The position numbers and the translations under genes were made by a program. Of a stretch of 64,000 bases of DNA, positions 31,149-49,130 are shown one piece after another. How positions within the stretch are numbered: position 1 is the stretch's first letter; each line of letters starts with the position of its first letter. The notes below the pieces were generated by a model. That model searched no databases. It saw nothing but the letters and a program-made list of their open reading frames with translations, and was not told where the DNA came from. This DNA comes from the human T2T-CHM13v2.0 reference genome, Homo sapiens, in assembly GCF_009914755.1 (NCBI RefSeq), contig NC_060941.1; one strand, 5' to 3'.

Positions 31149-33147
31149 GTGCATTTAATTATCTTTGAGAGATCTATCCTTTTAATTGTATTTAACAGGG
31201 TTGTAACATTTTATTAGTTTAACCAAACCACACCTCCTCCTCCCCTCTCTCCCTTACCTACTTGGCTGGGGGTGGGGCAGAGAAGAGTGCTCCCAGCCCT
31301 GGACCTTGCTTTCTTAGCTAAATGGTGATGGGAGAAATGGTGCCTTACCACCCTTTGTTGGCTGTCTTCCGGACAAGGGAGAAAGTTAAGTTAGAACCCC
31401 TACTTCGAAGTGTTTGCTTGTGTTAGTTTATGTTGGGGGAGGGGAACTGGAAATGTTTGGTGGTAATTGAAGTGATATGTGGGGCTTTGTTTGGAATTGT
31501 ATGAAGCCTGTGGATTTCAGCAGCGCCCCCTCCCAAAAATATATAATTTCCCCCCAAATCATCTGTGTCAGTGGCCAGTTAAACCTAGCTTTTTATCAAA
31601 TGATGACAAGTGTGAGATCTCAACATGAGGTTCCCTCAATTATCAAAGAAGCAGGCGGGAGGAGGTGTCACCGCCCCCGGCTCCATTTGTTGCAGGATTC
31701 TAAAGGGACCCCGCAAAGGCTGCAGGAAAGAGTAAAATTACAAACAAATTGTGAGTGCCTCTCCTTGTAATAATGGGAAAAGCCAGAGAATCAGGTGGGA
31801 TTTTCCAGTACCTGGTATTGAGCTCAGTGGGAAGAGGAGCTGGTCTCTGTTGAAGATTGGGGAGAGCCTCTCCCACCTATAAGCCACCCAAGATCTTGGC
31901 TCTGTGTGCTTTGGGTACATTTGTCCCTGGACCCTCGCACTGAGCAACCCCCTCCTCAAAGTCTCCTGCCAACATAAAGGAAGAGAGCCTGAGACACTGA
32001 CAAAATAGATTATATGACTGAGGAGGAAGACAGATAATAAGACAGTTCCATCTTTTGGAAAGAACAGATCTTAGAGATACCCTTCCCCTTCTTCAGGGGG
32101 AGTAGCCAAGGGCTGAATTACCCTACTGAAAATTGTTGTGGGGGAACCCTCCTCTCCACACCCTTGTCCTGTTTCTTAAATGAAACACTCTTAGAGGAAG
32201 GGAAGCTTTAGACCACAGTTTGGGGAATTTGGGGTAAAGAGGAGAAAGCACCCTGGAGGAAGACTCAGAGGTAAACCACCTGAACTCACTGCCTCACGGG
32301 AGAGGGCACCTCAGCTCCCTTGTTCAGAAAACCCAGTTAAAAACAGGAGCTTAGAGATCTGCTTTTGGAGATTTCTAGGTCGTCCTTTGAGCAGAAAAGG
32401 GTTTCCATGTTGTAAGTGGGCTGGTCCCTCCCTCTGGAAGAGCGAGGCTTTGTGTTTGCTGGAGGGTCAGGGCCAAGAAGGAAATACACTCACCTGTGGC
32501 ACCTGGGCCTGGGGCAGGTCTCAGGCCCACGCTGCTTTCTGCCTGCTCTTCTGCCCTCCCCCAGGGCAATGGTCTGGGGTTTCAAGGTCCCAGGCATTTC
32601 TCCTCCAGACTCCCCCCTCTTATTGATCAGGCTTTCCCTCCTCCCAGCCCAGACTTCCCTCCAGAAGACTTTAACGTTAGTTCCAAACTTTTTGCCCTTT
32701 AAGATTTTTTGAAGAGCTAGCTCTAGAAAAAGGCCACTAAAGTTTCTCAAGACAAAATTCTTCTGAACATCCCCAAAGAATTAAGATTAGGTTCAGCCCA
32801 GTGGGATGGGGAACTGCTTTTTGTTCCAAAATCTCTTCAGGAGGGTGGGGAGATGCTGTCCCGGGGGTGCCTGCCATGGGGTCTGAGCCGGGCGAGCCCT
32901 CCCTTCTGCAGTCTTGCTACTCACTGTACCAGGGTCCCTCCTCCTCTAGAATCACTCTTCTTACCTTAAATGGATCTTAAACTTCTGGGGGCCACTGACC
33001 ATCTGAGAATCTCAAAACTCTTTGGACCTCTTCCTGGAAAAAAAAAATAGCCAGATCCCCCATGAATATGCAATTGTGTGTAGCTTTAGGAAGTTTCTAG
33101 ATCATCCCTCCCTGACCTCTCTCCCTACCCGCCTGCCCCCAAACTAG

Positions 33148-33474
<327 letters not shown>

Positions 33475-33960
33475 TAGACATTTTCTAGTCCTGATTACTA
33501 GCTACCTCTCCTTCTCTAAAGGACAGCCCTTACCTTCTCAGACTCCAGTATCCCCCGGTCTCTAATCACCTCTGCTATGGAAAGGGGGTGGGGGTGAGGA
33601 GGGAAAGCCACTGGGCCTACAAAACCAGGAGTACCCCGGAACCAGATTATTCACTCAGTTCAATCCTGCCCCTTGATCAGGTAACAAGTGATCAAGATGC
33701 AGCAGAGTGGAATATGGATGAATGAAATTTGTAGTTGGGAAAAACGGAGAGAGAGACAGACAATGTATGGCGAGCAGAGGCTTTGACATGCTTTGGTACC
33801 ACTCACTGCAGTAGTAGCTGTGAGCACTTGTGGCATTTTTCTAACCTCTGAGCGTGTGTCCTCATCTATAAAAAGGCTGATAGTACCTGTCTGGTAACAT
33901 GAGTAGTAGACGGGACCATACATCTACAGAGCCCTCAGGCAGTAGTTCAATAAATTGTAG

Positions 33961-34298
<338 letters not shown>

Positions 34299-34389
34299 CC
34301 CACTTAGAATACATTTCCAAAAATAAAATCAGTGGATCAAAAGATCTAATTTCTTGACAAGAGAAGTGTTACCAATAGTTTTTAAACTG

Positions 34390-36415
34390 TTCCCTATCAT
34401 TTAAAAGGACCACAGTCTTCCCTTCCCAGCACTTCCCTATCATTTCCTCCGTGTGAAGAGGTACATCTAACTGCCCTTAGAATATGGACGATGACTGGTC
34501 TTAGCTGCTTCATGCTGATAGGGGGCATTGTTTTGGGGAAAACAGCAGTCAGACTCCTCCTAGAGGTCTATCTAAGGGTTCCTAGGAAAGGGGAGCCATC
34601 ATCCGAGGCTCCGATTGCCTGACCGTTTGCAGTTTGGTGGCTTCTAGGCGCAAGAGAATAAAACAAGTTTTATAAGGTTAAGTGTGCATAAATTAAACGT
34701 GTATTATACAAGGAAAGAATTTAGTGCCAAAGATTCCAGAGACAAGAAGTAAAATATACTAACAACATTGTACCCTGAGCTGTAAGAAATTAAACCTTAT
34801 ATAGGAGCAGTTCAACTTGAGAAGAGATAACTGTTCTTGCCATATCTTTTAGCAGTTAACAGGTGCACCCTGGGAATTCTGGGATTTGTGGACTTGCACG
34901 ATGGCCATTAAAGCTTTTGCCTCTTTCCTGTATCTCCTCTCTCTTTCCTGGGCCTCCCAGTCTCTATTATAAAAGACCAAGGTGGCTACTTTCAGGAGTT
35001 TCTTCAAAGTACTATCTGGTCCCGGGGCCTGTTTTTGTATCTTCCTTCTGATGTCAGGAGCTGCCCAAGTAATAAATTGATCCTTTAGAATTAGTTGTCC
35101 CTCTACTGAATCAGGAGATAGAGAGAGGTGCTTTACCAAGCTCCCTCTTAGCCTCTCCAGGAAGGCAGTGGGATTTTCATCAAATCCCTGGTCAATCATG
35201 GACAATTTAGTATAATTGAGGGGCTTGGTCCTAGTTCAATGGTATTGAAATGAATGGTCCCTTCCTGAGGCCACGCCAGTCCTTCCTATAAATCATAATT
35301 TGGCCAAACCTTTGTGCAGAGGGCTATGAGGTGCTTTTCCTTCAGATGCTGAGGGTCAAAGCAATCCCAATGGTTCAGAATACATTATACTCCAGAAGAG
35401 TATAAGCTGGGGGTGGTGAAGAGAACTGGTTGCCCATTCTGAAAGACAGGGAAAAAAGGCGTCCCCTACTCCCTTCCTTCTTTCAGCGAATACTCAGAGT
35501 GTGATGGAGAGAGAAAGCGAGTATCCTCCCTGCACCCTCCACCTCTTGTCCCTGAGCCCTGGTGACCTTGTCAGGTGCCAGCCATGGGTACCAATGCGGT
35601 ATGTACCCATGAAGCAGGGAAAACCTGGAGAATAGGAATTAACTGCTCTCATCTACACCTCCCTTTCTCCCTCCCTTTCTTCCTGCTGTCAGCAAACTGA
35701 GTTCCCTGGGCCTGTTTGTGCCATGGAACATGGCCTCCTTCTATGTGGTGGGGGGTTCACTCGTCAGGAATTGGTTCTGCCCATTTACATTGTGCCTGTT
35801 GCCTGGCTTTGGATCCCTCGGACCTGGTTTTTCTCTCTAGGGCCTCAGCCTGAAGCCTGGAATCGAATTTGGGATTGAAAAGTTGGTTTAGAGGCTGTTT
35901 GTATCTGTTCAGAGTGTCTCAGATGTGCCCTGCTGAATTTGCAGTTCTCAGCCAGCAGGGGTCGCTCCTCCGTTAACTTCCCTATCAGAAACTGCTGGGA
36001 TGGGGGAGCCCTCTCACTTAGAAAAGGAAAAAAAGAAAAACAGTTAAAAGGCCAAAAAGAGGAGGATTCTGGGAGAAGAACCCCTTGCTTACTGCAAGTG
36101 GGCCCCCCTAATCCTTATATCTTTCCTCTAGTTCAGACCGTGTTGAATTCTTTGGCCAGGGGAGGAAAGGTTTTATTGGCGCAGCCGGCAAGAAGCGCCC
36201 ATCCGTTTGCCCTGTTTGGCTACCACCACGGCTTTCTCCCGCCCACTCTTGGCTGTTGGGCTTGGCCTTTGCCTGCTGCGGGCACGCATGGGCGCCTGAG
36301 CTGGGAGGGGAAAGGGTGAAGAAAGGTGCCCTGAGCCATGCCTGTGGCTGTCAAGGTAAAGGTGTACATGGCACCTCTAGGAAAAGTTGGTCTGATTGGC
36401 ACATTTCAAACCGTG
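34390..36415 (-). mobile_element. Deleted class I ERV (HUERS-P3/LTR9-like): leader, gag remnant, 3' end and LTR stub
   Basis: Gag homology to HERV-W/ERV9-type capsid; purine tract followed by TGATAGGGAAGTGCTGGGAAGGGAAG, which resembles the recalled LTR9 5' end (34390-34442). Confidence 0.75.
34849..35437 (-). pseudogene. ERV gag remnant (matrix N-terminus plus capsid C-terminus)
   Basis: MGNQFSSPPP start at 35437, frameshift, then CILNHWDCFDPQHLKEKHLIALCTKVWPNY with an in-frame stop, then the MHR-like QGFDENPTAFLERLR...LILKDQFITWAAPDIRRKIQK. Confidence 0.85.
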
Positions 36416-36422
36416 TGAGAGC

Positions 36423-37107
<685 letters not shown>

Positions 37108-37289
37108 TAGCTAATTTTTGTATTTTTAGTAGAGATAGGGTTTTACCATATTGGCCAGGGTGGTCACGAACTCCTGACCTCAGATGATCCGTTTGTCTCA
37201 GCCTCCCAAAGTGCTGAGATTACAGGCATGAGCTACTACATCCGGCCACCAAAGGAGTACATTTGTTACAATTGATAAACCTACACTGA

Positions 37290-37502
<213 letters not shown>

Positions 37503-37948
37503 TGACTAATTTTTGTGTGTGTGTGTGTGGTTTTTTTGTTTTGTTTTGGTTTGGTTTTTTTAGTAGAGACAGGGTTTTGCCATATTGCCCAGGCTGGTTT
37601 TGAACTCCTGAGCTCGAGTGATCCGCCTGCCTTGGCCTCCCAGAGTGCTAGGATTACAGGTGTGAGCCACCGTGCCTGGACTTGTGTTGTACTTTCTATA
37701 ATGTATAATGACATATATACAACATTAAAGTATCACACAGACTATTTTCGCTGACCTAAATATCCTCTATGCTCTACCTATTCAACCCTCCCAGCCCCAC
37801 CAACCCCTAGCAACCACTGATCTTTTTACTGTCTCCACAGTTTTGCCTTTTCTAGAATATCATAGAGTTGGAATCATACTATATGTAGCCTTTTCAGATT
37901 GGCTTCTTTGACTTAGTAATATGCATTTCAGGTTCCTCCACGTGTTTT

Positions 37949-39381
37949 TGAGAGGTGACAGCCTGCTGGCAGCCCTCGCTCACTCTCGGCGCCTCCTCTG
38001 CCTGGGCTCCCACTTTGGCGGCACGTGAGGAGCCCTTCAGCCCACCACTGCACTGTGGGAGCCCCTTCCTGGGCTGCCCAAGGCTGGAGCTGGCTCCCTC
38101 AGCTTGCGGGGAGGTGTGGAGGGAGAGGCGCGGGCAGGAACTGGGGCTGCACGGGGCGCTTGGGGGCCAGCGCGAGTTCTGGGTGGGCGTGGGCTCGGCG
38201 GGCCCCGCACTCGTAGCGGCCAGCCAGCCCGCAAGCCCCGGGCAGTGAGGGGCTTAGCACCTGGGCCAGTAGCTGCTGTGCTGGATTTCTCGCCAGGCCT
38301 TAGCTGCCTCCCTGCTGGGCAGGGCTCGGGACCTGCAGCCCACTATGCCTGAGCCTCCACCCCTTCCTCTCCCCCACGCCGTGGGCTCCTGCACGGCCCG
38401 AGCCTCCCGGAGAGCGCTGCCCCCTGCTCTAGGGCGCCCAGTCCCATCGATCACCCAAGGGCTGAGGAGTGTGGGTTCACAGCGCGGGACCCGCAGGCAG
38501 CTCCACCTGTGGCCCCGATGCGGGATCCACTGGGTGAAGCCAGCTGGGCTCCTGAGTCTAGTGGGGACTTGGGGAGCTTTTATGTCTAGCTGGGGGATTG
38601 TGGATACACCAATCAGCACTCTGTATCTAGCTCAAGGTTTGTAAACACACCAATCAGCACCCTGTGTCTAGCTCAGGGTTTGTGAATGCAGCAATGGACA
38701 CTCTGTGTCTAGCTAATCTAGTGGGGACGTGGAGAACTTTTGTGTCTAGCTCAGGGATTGTAAACGCACCAATCAGCACCCTGTCAAAATGGACCAATCA
38801 GCTCTCTGTAAAACAGACCAATCGGCGCTCTGTAAAATGGACCAATCAGCAGGATGTGGGTGGGGCCAGATAGGAGAATAAAAGCAGACTGCCCCGACTC
38901 AGCAGTGCAAGCAGACTGCCCCGACTCAGCAGTGGCAATGTACTCGGGTCCTATTTCTCCGGGGGGGGGGGGGGGGGGGTTGGGGGGTGGAGAGAGGAAG
39001 CTTTATTCTTTCACTTTTTGGAATAAATTTTGTTGCTGTTTGTTCTTTGGATCTACACTACTTTTATGAGTTGTAACACTCACCGGGAAGGTCTGCAGCT
39101 TTGCTCCTGAAGCCAGCGAGACCACGAACCCACCGGGAGGAACGAACAACTCCAGATGCGTCGACTTAAGAGCTGTAACACTCACTGCGAAAGTCTGCAG
39201 CTTTACTCCTGAGCTAGTGAGACCACGAACCCACCAGGAGGAAGAAACTCTGAACACATCCGAACGTCAGAAAGAATAAACTCTGGACACGCCGCCTTTA
39301 AGAACTGTAACACTTACCGCGAGGGTCTGCGGCTTCATTCTTGAAGTCAGTGAGACCAAGAACCCACCAATTCTGGACACA
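37949..39381 (+). mobile_element. ERV9 solo LTR (LTR12C-like)
   Basis: TGAGAGGTGACAG...TTCTGGACACA, CpG-rich U3, tandem CCAATCAGC repeats, AATAAA promoter box 38877-38882, U5 repeats; TSD TTTT. Confidence 0.93.
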
Positions 39382-39444
39382 TTTTCGTGGTTTGATAGCA
39401 CGTTTCCTTTTAGCACTGAATAATGTCTGGCTATTCCACAGTTT

Positions 39445-39931
39445 TTCAAAGCAGATTAATTATGCCCTGGCTACCAACTTGCTTGAGTTGGGTGGAACAG
39501 AAAAACCCCCCCAATCAAATAAGCTACACGCACCAGATGTATTACTTACAGATAGGCAGCAAGGGACAGCGTAGCCTAGGACTCAGCCAGTCCCCCGAGG
39601 CTCACAAAAGCTGCCTGGGGTGAATGGAGTCTTGTCAGTGTGTATGTCTTGCTTACCTCACTAGCAAACTGCCCTGGGTTTTGTATCCTAGGGACAACAG
39701 GACTTGGTGGGCTAAAATGTTGAAGGACGTCCTATTTCTTTCTTGTTTTCTTTTTTTTTAAAGGATATTCTATTTCTAGGAGGGCCTGGAATAGAGCTCA
39801 GGCTGTGCTGTCCAGTCCCTCGTTATCCCAGGATGCTGCATTCCCAGAACAATCTACGGTTATTCTTGAATACTATAAGTGAGAAAGCGGAGAACTGGGT
39901 GGCCCAAGGCCACCCGGAGAACTGTCTGGTA
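39445..39931 (-). mobile_element. ERVL-type LTR (MER54/LTR47-like)
   Basis: Minus strand begins ...GACAGTTCTCCGGGTGGCCTTGG; 5-bp TSD AGTTT (39440-39444, 39932-39936) inside the L1. Confidence 0.65.
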
Positions 39932-40030
39932 AGTTTATTCACCTATCGAAGGGCATCTTCGTTGCTTCTAAGCTTTGGTAATTATAAAGCTGCTGTAAAC
40001 ATCCATGTACAGGTTTTTATGTAGACATAA

Positions 40031-40246
<216 letters not shown>

Positions 40247-41271
40247 TGAACTCCTGACCTCAGGTGATCCGCCCATCTCGCCTCCCAAAGTGCTGGGATT
40301 ACAGGCGTGAGCCACCGTGCCCGGCCACCTAGACATAAATTTTTAACACGTGGGTAAATACCAAGGTGCTTGATTGCTGGATTGTATGGTAAAAGTATGT
40401 TTAGTGGTGTAAGAAACTGCCAAACTATCTTCCAAAGTGGTTGTACCGTGTTACATTCCCACCAGCAGTGAATGAGGGTTTCTGTTATTCCACATCCTCC
40501 ACGGCATTTGGTATTGTCAGTATTCCAGATTTGGGCCATTCCAATAGATACGTAGTAGTATTTCATTGTTTGAATTTGCATTTTCCCGATGACATAGGAT
40601 ATAGAGGTCTTTTCATATGCTTACCTTCCATCTGTATGTCTTTGGTGAGATGTGTGTTAGGGTCTTTGGTCCTTTTTTTTTTTTTTTTTTTGAGGCACCT
40701 GCCGCCACCACGCCTGGTTATTTTTTTTTTGTATTTTTAGTAGAGATGGGGTTTCGCCGTGTTAGCCAGGATGGTCTCAATCTTCTGACCTCAGGATCCG
40801 CCCGCCTTGGCCTCCCAAAGTGCTTACAGGCGTGAGCCACTGCGCCCGGCCTGGTCCATTTTTTAATTGGGTTATTTGATTTCTTATTGTTGAGTTTCAA
40901 GAGTTTTTGGCTCGGCATGGTGGCTCATGTCTGTAATCCCAACACTTTAGGAGTCAAGGCAGGAGGATTTCTTGAGCCCAGGAATTTGAGGCCAGTCTGG
41001 GCAACATAGCAAGACCCTGTCTCTACAAAAAAAATTTAAAAATTAGCCGGGCATGGTGGCGCATACCTGTAGTCCCAGCTACTCTGGGGGGCTGAAGCAG
41101 GAGGACTACTTGAGCCCAGGGAGATGAAGGTTGCAGTGAGCCATGATCATGTCACTGCACTACAGCCTGGGTGACGATGCAAGATCATGTCTCAAATAAA
41201 TAAATAGTGGCTGGGCGCAGTGGCTTACGCCTGCATTCTCAGCACTTTGGGAGGCTGAGGCAGGCAGATCA

Positions 41272-41556
<285 letters not shown>

Positions 41557-41838
41557 TTATCAGATGTGTATTTTGCAAATATTTTTTCCCAGTCTGTGGC
41601 TTGTTTTCTCATTCTCTTGACAATGTCTTTCTCCATATGCCTTCACACACTCATTAGCAGAGTTTTCCAAACTGCAATATGTAATCCATTAGTGAGTTGC
41701 AAAATCAATTAGTGAGATGTAACTAGCATTAAAAAAAAATTAGAACAGAATGGAATAGAAAAGATCACAGTGCAGCACCAATAGGAAAGGTAAGTAATGT
41801 CTGGAGAAACTTTGATTTCCACTTATATGATTATATAA

Positions 41839-43318
<1,480 letters not shown>

Positions 43319-43868
43319 TGTAATCGTATTTTTAAAGCCACATTCAAGTTACAAGGAGTGCATGCCCTGAGGCAGGTCTGGCTGTAATTGGGAAATTGAG
43401 ACCCCTTGACTTATAAAATTTTGGGCTCCATTCTTGCTGCTTATATCTGTTTCTGGGACTTGTTGGCTTGAGGATCCAACCCTTAATGTTCAGCCCTCTG
43501 CCTGGTGCCTGGCCTGTTGCTTTCCAGTCTCCCAGTCTGGATTCCTGCTTCCTGACCCTTGATTTCCTAGGCCATGCCTCAATCGTCTCCCTACACTCAG
43601 CTACCCTCCAGGGATCCTGGATTCCTGGATTTGACCTCTTGCTTGCTTACCCCATGGTTCATGCATGCTACTCCTTCTGTCCTTTACTTTCTGTGATTTC
43701 TTGTCCTCCCAACTTACTTAGTTGCATTGCCTGCCCGCCCTTAACTCCGGCTCCTCCTACCACTATGTTCTTGTTATTCCTCAGTTTCTGGGGTGACTCT
43801 TCTGCTTCACCCTTCCTTCATGTTCTGATGCTTAGCTCCAGCTCCAAACTGACAAGTTAAGAGGCTGA

Positions 43869-44216
<348 letters not shown>

Positions 44217-44857
44217 TTAAGAGTCACTTGGTGTCCTTACTGGGCTGTGGCTGCAGGACATGGCCTATCTTTCATAGCCTCAATTCCCTCCACAACAGCC
44301 AATCATCAATAGAATTTCAGACCAATTGTCTTGAATGCAACAAAGCTGCTAAATCCTCTCAACTCCCCTGGACCCAGCACTTTGCATGGGAAGAGAATGG
44401 AACCAGGATGATTATTTCCTGTAGCCATCCACATGGCATCGAAGGAGGAAAGGTGTAACAAGCCATTTTGTCCATTTGAAGCAATTACTCAAACTGCTCC
44501 CACCAAGACCAGAATGTTTCAATGATGTCTGTGAGCAGGCACCAGTTAGGAGGTTATTATAATAATCTGGAACGTAAGGACAAGAACCTGAACTGGAGAG
44601 ACAGCAGTGAACAGATAAGAGAAAGCAAGAGACAGAAACAAGGTATTTTCATGAAAAAGAGCAATATCACTTGGAAACTAAATAGAGGGAAAGGAGAGAA
44701 GGATTAATCAATGCCAAGGCCGTTGTTGGATGTAATCAGGTTATCTCCAGTTGGATCACCCCATGGGCAGCTACAACCAACGAATCTAAAACTTAACAGA
44801 TTTAGGCCACCTGTTACATTCAGTGGTTCTGTCACTCCCTCAGCCATCTGCATTTGA

Positions 44858-45240
<383 letters not shown>

Positions 45241-46030
45241 CATTTGCTCTTTCTTAGTTCCAGTAAATCACCAAATCCTACTGATGTTTCCTTTAAAAAT
45301 GTCTCTTAAAATACACCCCATTCTTTTATTTCTAGTGCTCCTACACTGGTTTAGGATCTCAGAGATTCTAGCCAGCACTCGTCTTAGTTCTGCCTTCAGC
45401 CTTCTCTGCTTCAATCCATGCCACACACAGCTGCCACATAATCTTGCCAAAACACCACTTTAAACATGCTACCTCACTTGCCAAAAAAAAAAAAAAAATA
45501 CACCCATGACTTCTGTCATGTGGGAAATTATCTTGCTGCAATAGTAGCCTCCAAGTTCATGACCACAGAGCTATCTCTGAGGTCACACAACAGAAAGGCT
45601 CCTAGACAAAGCTAAAATGCTCGAATCACATGGTTTATTAAATCAACTTAAAACACAGAGCAAGATGCAAGGGAAAAGGGATGGGGCTATTTAACCAAGT
45701 TAGGGTAGGGTGCAAGCTAGGTGGAAGGACCATACTACCTGAATCTAGGGTGCACAGGTTCATCTGTTTTGTATCTTTTTCTATTGCATCTCCTTCCCTG
45801 ATGAGGATGTTACAAGGGCCAGCGTTGACATTTAAGCAGGGGTACCCACAGATAGATGTCCTGGTCCAATGACACACTTGCTTTTTCAGACAGAGGAAGT
45901 CAAGTTTGCAGGGGCGTAGCTGTAGCTTGCTAATTAGTTTGATGAGCAGCCACGATTATATTTGTATATCTTGAGCAGAGGGCACATGGGCCAGAATAAA
46001 TGTCACCAATAGATTGAATTAAAACCTCGT

Positions 46031-46207
46031 GTGGGAGGAGGGAGAGCATCAGGAAGAATAGCTCAGGGATGCTGTGCTTAATACCTAGGTGAAGGGATGA
46101 TCTGCACAGCAAACCACCATGGCACACGTTTACCTATGTAACAAACCTGCACATCCTGCATACATACCCCTAAACTCAGAAGTTGGAAATTAAAAAAAAA
46201 AAAAAAA
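46031..46207 (+). mobile_element. L1PA 3' end (5'-truncated)
   Basis: GGGAGGAGGGAGAGCATCAGGAAGAATAGCT...CACCATGGCACACGTTTACCTATGTAACAAACCTGCACATCCTGCA plus A-tail. Confidence 0.88.
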
Positions 46208-46219
46208 CCTCATGAGAGG

Positions 46220-46512
46220 GGCCAGGCGCTGTGGCTCACACCTGTAATTCCAGCACTTTGGGAGGCCAAGGCAGGCAGATTGCTTTGAGTTCACGAGACC
46301 AGCATGGACAACACAGCAAAACCCCATCTCTACTAAAAATACAAAAAAAATTTAGCCAAGAGTGATGGTGCATGCCTGTAATCCTAGTTACTCAGGAGGC
46401 TGAGGTGGGAGGATGGCCTGGAAGGCAGAGGTTGCAGTGAGCTGAGATCACACCACTGCACTTCAGCTTGGGAAACAGAGCCAGACCCTGCCTCAAAAAA
46501 AAAAAAAAAAAA
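46220..46512 (+). mobile_element. Alu
   Basis: TSD AAACCTYATGAGAGG. Confidence 0.9.
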
Positions 46513-46519
46513 CCTTATG

Positions 46520-46650
46520 AGAGGTGATGGATATGCTAATTACCCTGATTTGATGGTTACACAATGTGTATATGTATCAAAACATCACACTGTACCCCAT
46601 AAATATGTACAATTATTATGTGTCAATTAAAATCAAACTTATTTTTTAAA
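46520..46650 (+). mobile_element. L1MA-like 3' end
   Basis: GAGGTGATGGATATGCTAATTACCCTGATTTGAT...CACACTGTACCCCATAAATATGTACAATTATTATGTGTCAATTAAAA. Confidence 0.8.
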
Positions 46651-46660
46651 AAACCTCACG

Positions 46661-47646
<986 letters not shown>

Positions 47647-48392
47647 TTACGCATGTTTAGGATATTAGGAATCTTTAGTACCTTTTGTGCATTTAGTATA
47701 GCATGGCTGTTTAGTACCCAGGTGCCTCATGAATGTTAGGCATCTCTTGGTCCTTTCTATGTTTAACACACAGATGCTCTACTTGCTAACTATTTAACAC
47801 ACCGTTCTGCCTATGTCTAAAAAACATTTTGTTGAAACATCTTAAAATGTTTCACCCATGTTTTCCAAACTACACACTTATCTTTTCTAGCAGGGTTGAG
47901 TATTCTCAGGGTAAATTTACATTACAGTCTTCTCTTTGCCACATGAACTAAGCCCCTGATCTACTCCCTCCTGCCTCAAATTGCTTCCTCCTTCAATCTT
48001 TTCAATCTCAGAAGTGGCATTTCCTGATCTCAGAGTCAGCGTTGTCTTCAAACACTCTTAACTCTCCTCATACCCAATTCAGCCACATCTCACACTTCTA
48101 TTCCTAAAATAGACTTTCATGTACTTCTGTCTGTCTCCACTGCCACCCCAGTCCAAGCCACCACCAATCTTCTGAGATAACTGGAATTTGGTTCTCTCTC
48201 TGCTCTTGGCCACTTCAATCCTGTTCCACACAACAGCCCAGAATGCTCTTTCCCCAACATCAGTTGGATCCCCTGCTTTAACTGTTCGGTAGTTTCCCAT
48301 TGTATTTAGGATCAAATCCAAAGTTCTTAATTTTGGTGTATGAGAGTCTGAATGGCAGACTGTGTTACCTCTCTAGCCCCATCTCAGCACCA

Positions 48393-49130
48393 GATGGAGT
48401 TTCACCATGTTGGCCAGGATAGTCTTGATCTCCTAACCTCAGGTGATCCACCCACTTCGGCCTCCCAAAGTGCTGGGATTACAGATGTGAGCCACCGCAC
48501 CCAGCCTCAGCACCTGTCTTGCTTTAGTAATACTTCACAGGATCTTTAGTTTCTTCCTTATGGCTTTCGCAAATCCAGTTTTGTTTTGTACCCCCCCCCC
48601 TTTTTTTTTTTGAGATGGAGTCTCGCTCTGTCGCCCAGGCTGGAGAGCAGTGGTGCCATCTCAGCTCACTGCAAGCACTGCCTGCTGGGTTCAAGTGATT
48701 CTTGTGCCTCAGCCTCCCGAGTAGCTGAGATTACAGTCATGCGCTACCACGCCCGGCTAATTTTTGTATTTTTAGTAGAAACGGGGTTTCACCATGTTGG
48801 CCAGGCTGGTCTTGAACTCTTGGCCTCAGGTGATCTGGCCACCTCAGCTTCCCAAAGTGCTGGGATTACAGGTGTGAGCCACCGTGCCCAGCCTTGTTTT
48901 GCTTTATTTTTAAGAGACAGAGTCTTTCCCGGTCACCCAGGCTGGAGTGTAGTAGTGAGCTCATAGTTCAGTGTAACCTTGAACGCCTCAGCCACCTGAG
49001 TAGCTAGGACTACAGGTGCTCGCCACCACACTAGCTATTTATTTATTTTTAGAGATGGGGTCTTGCTGTGTTGCCCAGTCTGGCCTCAAATTCCTGGCCT
49101 CAAGGAATTGTCTTGCCTCAGTCTCCCAAA
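48393..49130 (-). mobile_element. Antisense Alu cluster (48393-48505 partial, 48600-48893, 48900-49130) in L2-like sequence
   Basis: Alu consensus blocks. Confidence 0.85.

Noticed and set aside
31520-31540. Reverse CTCF motif (CAGCGCCCCCTCCC) just after FZD2
   Set aside because: Only half of the core matches; the CCAC/CCAG end is missing.
32713-32724. Palindrome AGAGCTAGCTCT
   Set aside because: 12-bp palindromes are expected several times by chance in 64 kb.
34849-35205. Gag ORF as a functional domesticated gene
   Set aside because: Upstream frameshift and stop, a large internal deletion, and no 5' LTR promoter; treated as a remnant.
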